Source: Phoronis australis (lineage: Eukaryota; Animalia; Phoronida). From it: a stretch of DNA of 64,000 nucleotides. Under the pieces are notes generated by a model. That model was not told the origin of the DNA, ran no database searches, and was given only the letters and a program-made list of their open reading frames with translations. Positions 61,675 to 64,000 of the stretch are shown piece by piece. A program made the translations under genes and the position numbers. Each line of letters starts with the position of its first letter. Position 1 is the stretch's first letter. The stretch spans positions 812,556 to 876,555 of the forward strand of contig NMRA01000113.1 of assembly GCA_002633005.1 (NCBI GenBank), written 5' to 3'.

Positions 61675-61758
61675 CACTGTCTCTTCACAGCTATTCACAA
61701 GCATTATTCAGTGGAAGAGTGGAAGCAGTTTGCCCAAGAAAATCCTTCAGTGATCCAG
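61675..61758 (+). CDS. GMPR: GMP reductase, coding exon 3
   Basis: HCLFTAIHKHYSVEEWKQFAQENPSVIQ, AG/GT flanked, 84 nt. Confidence 0.97.
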
Positions 61759-61829
61759 GTAATGGCTGACTGAAAAATAATTGAAGTTGTTAAGCCAAAA
61801 AGGGTTTGTTTCTGGTCTATGCCTAGATC

Positions 61830-61960
61830 ATTTTAATGCACCCACATGTTATGTATATATGTGGGTGCATATTGTCGCCATCTTGTCCGGGAGGCCGACC
61901 AGTATCTCAAAAACCCCTGGTGGTATTTTGATGAAATTAGGTACAAGTGCATAGACCATC
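61830..61960. mobile_element. HINE-like terminal hairpin fragment
   Basis: ATGCACCCACAT...ATGTGGGTGCAT hairpin next to a T-run, followed by an ATTTTGATGAAATTAGGTACA core-like motif. Confidence 0.5.
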
Positions 61961-62130
61961 ACTAGGGCAGTGTATGCCACTACAATCTGTCCCCCTCAGA
62001 CCAACACCTGCAGTGTGAATAGTTGAGTAGTTAAGGTTATATAGAAGCCTAGAAAATTGTCCATGAACAATTTGGCTAACTTTGGAGTATCATGTCTCAT
62101 ATATCAGGTTGGCAAGATGTTCCCACGCTG

Positions 62131-62736
62131 GTGGCGTACCCCGGGCAAAATAGATTACGATAAATTAAATTTAACTTATTAAATGCATTTATCGTCATTA
62201 TTTTGACATTTGTCTCTTTATTTTGATACCAACCCTTAGGGTTTATTTTCCATTACTCATCTCTATTTATAGCCTCAAGGGCCTACTTTTGTATTCATTC
62301 ATTTCTCTACGCGACACCTGATTGGTCGCCCATATTTCCTTTTGTTCAGTTCGACGTGGTCTCTCTCATTAAGCCACCTACCTCGTCGTCTACAAGACCT
62401 ACGTTCGTTCTCTGCATTTTTTCCCCACCCCCCATCCCGGATGTCGGTTCCGCTTTCTCTTTTCTCATATACATTTTATGTTAGGTGTTCTTAATTTTTG
62501 TGTTCGTGTTCTGTACTTTTCCTTTAAGCCCTTCAGGCTGTTCTTTTGTTTTGTTTCCCTCTTTCAGGGCTATTCATTGTACACGCCGATGGGTGTTTTG
62601 TCCATGCCCATCTTGCAGAGTCTTAGTTAGTTTTATCTATTTACGTCATAATAAATGACATTATTCGCAATCCTCCTATTGTTTTACTCTGCAACATAGC
62701 TCGTGGCGTACCCCGGGCAAAATAGATTACGATAAA
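62131..62736. repeat. 538-bp insert flanked by perfect 34-bp direct repeats
   Basis: GTGGCGTACCCCGGGCAAAATAGATTACGATAAA at 62131-62164 and 62703-62736. Confidence 0.9.
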
Positions 62737-63327
62737 ATACTACAAAAAGTAAACAGAATCATTTGGCAAGTCAGAAAGACGCTGTCCGGGCAAACAAGGT
62801 CAACTGCCGGACGTTGGCTGAGATTGCCAGCTTTTCGCTTCAAGTATCTCGTTTTGCAAACGAGGTTTGGTGACCTCAGATCCTGTTTGGCAACATGAGA
62901 GTTTTGTCAGGTCGCATTTGGCAAGTTGACGTTATGCTAAGCATTGAGCCTTGTCATACAAAACTTTCAGATACTATCATTTATGCACTTACTCAAAAAT
63001 GCTGTTAGGTATTTTTAGATTGTTCTACTTTTGCATGACGCGTTTTCGAAAATGGGACTTGTATAATTTTGTTGAAAAATCAAAAATTGCATAAAACAAA
63101 TGATTTTTTTGTTTCAAACTACTTTGTGCAGCATTTCAAAAAACAATACTTTTGCGGAAATTGATGCAGGCGGGTGCTTTTTTATTTTTATGACCTAAAG
63201 TCTCAAAGTCTCAAAGTGAGTTTGAGTTAAAAGCAGAACTGTCCTGTTTTGCCCTAACCAGGAATCTGCGTTTTGCTAGACATCAACTGTTACCAGCTCC
63301 TTTAAGATAACTTTTTACTCTTTGTAG

Positions 63328-63501
63328 AATGTTGCATGCAGTGCGGGTATGAACAAAGCTGATGAAGAAAAGCTTGACAAGATCTTAAAGGCTGTTCCTG
63401 AGATTTCCTACATCTGTTTAGATGTTGCTAATGGCTACTCCGAACACTTTGTTCAGTTTGTGAAAGATGTCAGGTCAAAATATCCACACCACACCATTAT
63501 G
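63328..63501 (+). CDS. GMPR: GMP reductase, coding exon 4 (gene continues beyond window)
   Basis: NVACSAGMNKADEEKLDKILKAVPEISYICLDVANGYSEHFVQFVKDVRSKYPHHTIM, including the CLDVANGYSE signature. Donor GTAAGG; 174 nt. Confidence 0.97.
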
Positions 63502-64000
63502 GTAAGGGTTGTTACACTGAGACACAAGACTTTTGACTTGTTGGAGTTACATTTATACCAAGGAGGCTAAATTTGATATTGTGCCCATTCATACATTGAT
63601 ATTTCACCAAACTTTCTATGCAGTATTGAAACATCCTGGGGAGGTTTCAAATTAACGATGGCAAGCTACTTTTTTGTTCACAACTCTGTCCACATGTCTT
63701 GTTCTAGGCATTTCTACAACTCGACTCAGTGTCATATGAAGAAAGAACTGCTTCCACAAGTGCATGCTGCGTAAACTAGTGTGTTTCTGTGTATCGCTTT
63801 GAGATGATGAGTAGAATGTACGAAGTAGTTTCTGTACGTGTCCAATGGACCCCAAAATTACTACTTGTATATGATGTAACAAAATCATTGAATTTATCTC
63901 ATAACCCTATATTCTGAAGTCAATATGACTTTGATTCACTATCTGGCCTGATGTAGTCACCGGAGAGAGATGGTTGATGAACTGATTCTCTCTGACATGA

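Noticed and set aside
62700-62725. LTR plus tRNA primer-binding site (TGGCG...)
   Set aside because: There is no TG...CA LTR pair and no good match to a tRNA 3' end that I can recognise.
63349-63570. Stand-alone 73-aa ORF
   Set aside because: It is part of GMPR exon 4 read on into the intron; the real exon is 63328-63501.
63800-63920. Possible C/D snoRNA in GMPR intron (ATGATGA ... CTGA)
   Set aside because: There is no convincing terminal stem or recognisable rRNA antisense element, and such motifs are frequent by chance.

Overview
This is repeat-rich metazoan genomic DNA, probably from a marine invertebrate; the species cannot be assigned from sequence alone. The right end holds the first four coding exons of a GMP reductase gene (GMPR, + strand, 58059-63501, continuing past the window). 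The left end holds a young non-LTR retrotransposon on the - strand. Its ORF1 and open APE-RT ORF2 are in the same frame, separated only by one TAG and with no usable AUG, which makes it a stop-readthrough candidate. Splice signals suggest a second host transcript on the - strand running from a CpG-rich promoter near 47.1 kb leftwards. It has short exons, uORFs or a 59-aa microprotein, a poison-type cassette exon and an adjacent structured intron segment; this model is inference. The rest is nested transposons. These include two families of TA-flanked CCGTA-ended elements (one carrying a decayed HIRAN domain), Kolobok derivatives with THAP/KolX remnants, and hAT- and Harbinger-like MITEs. There is also a 6.3-kb element with a 7-bp TSD whose empty site is visible in the window, Helentron-associated-like elements, three decayed LINEs and a ~61-bp hairpin satellite with ABC higher-order structure. 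No rRNA, tRNA or CRISPR array was found.
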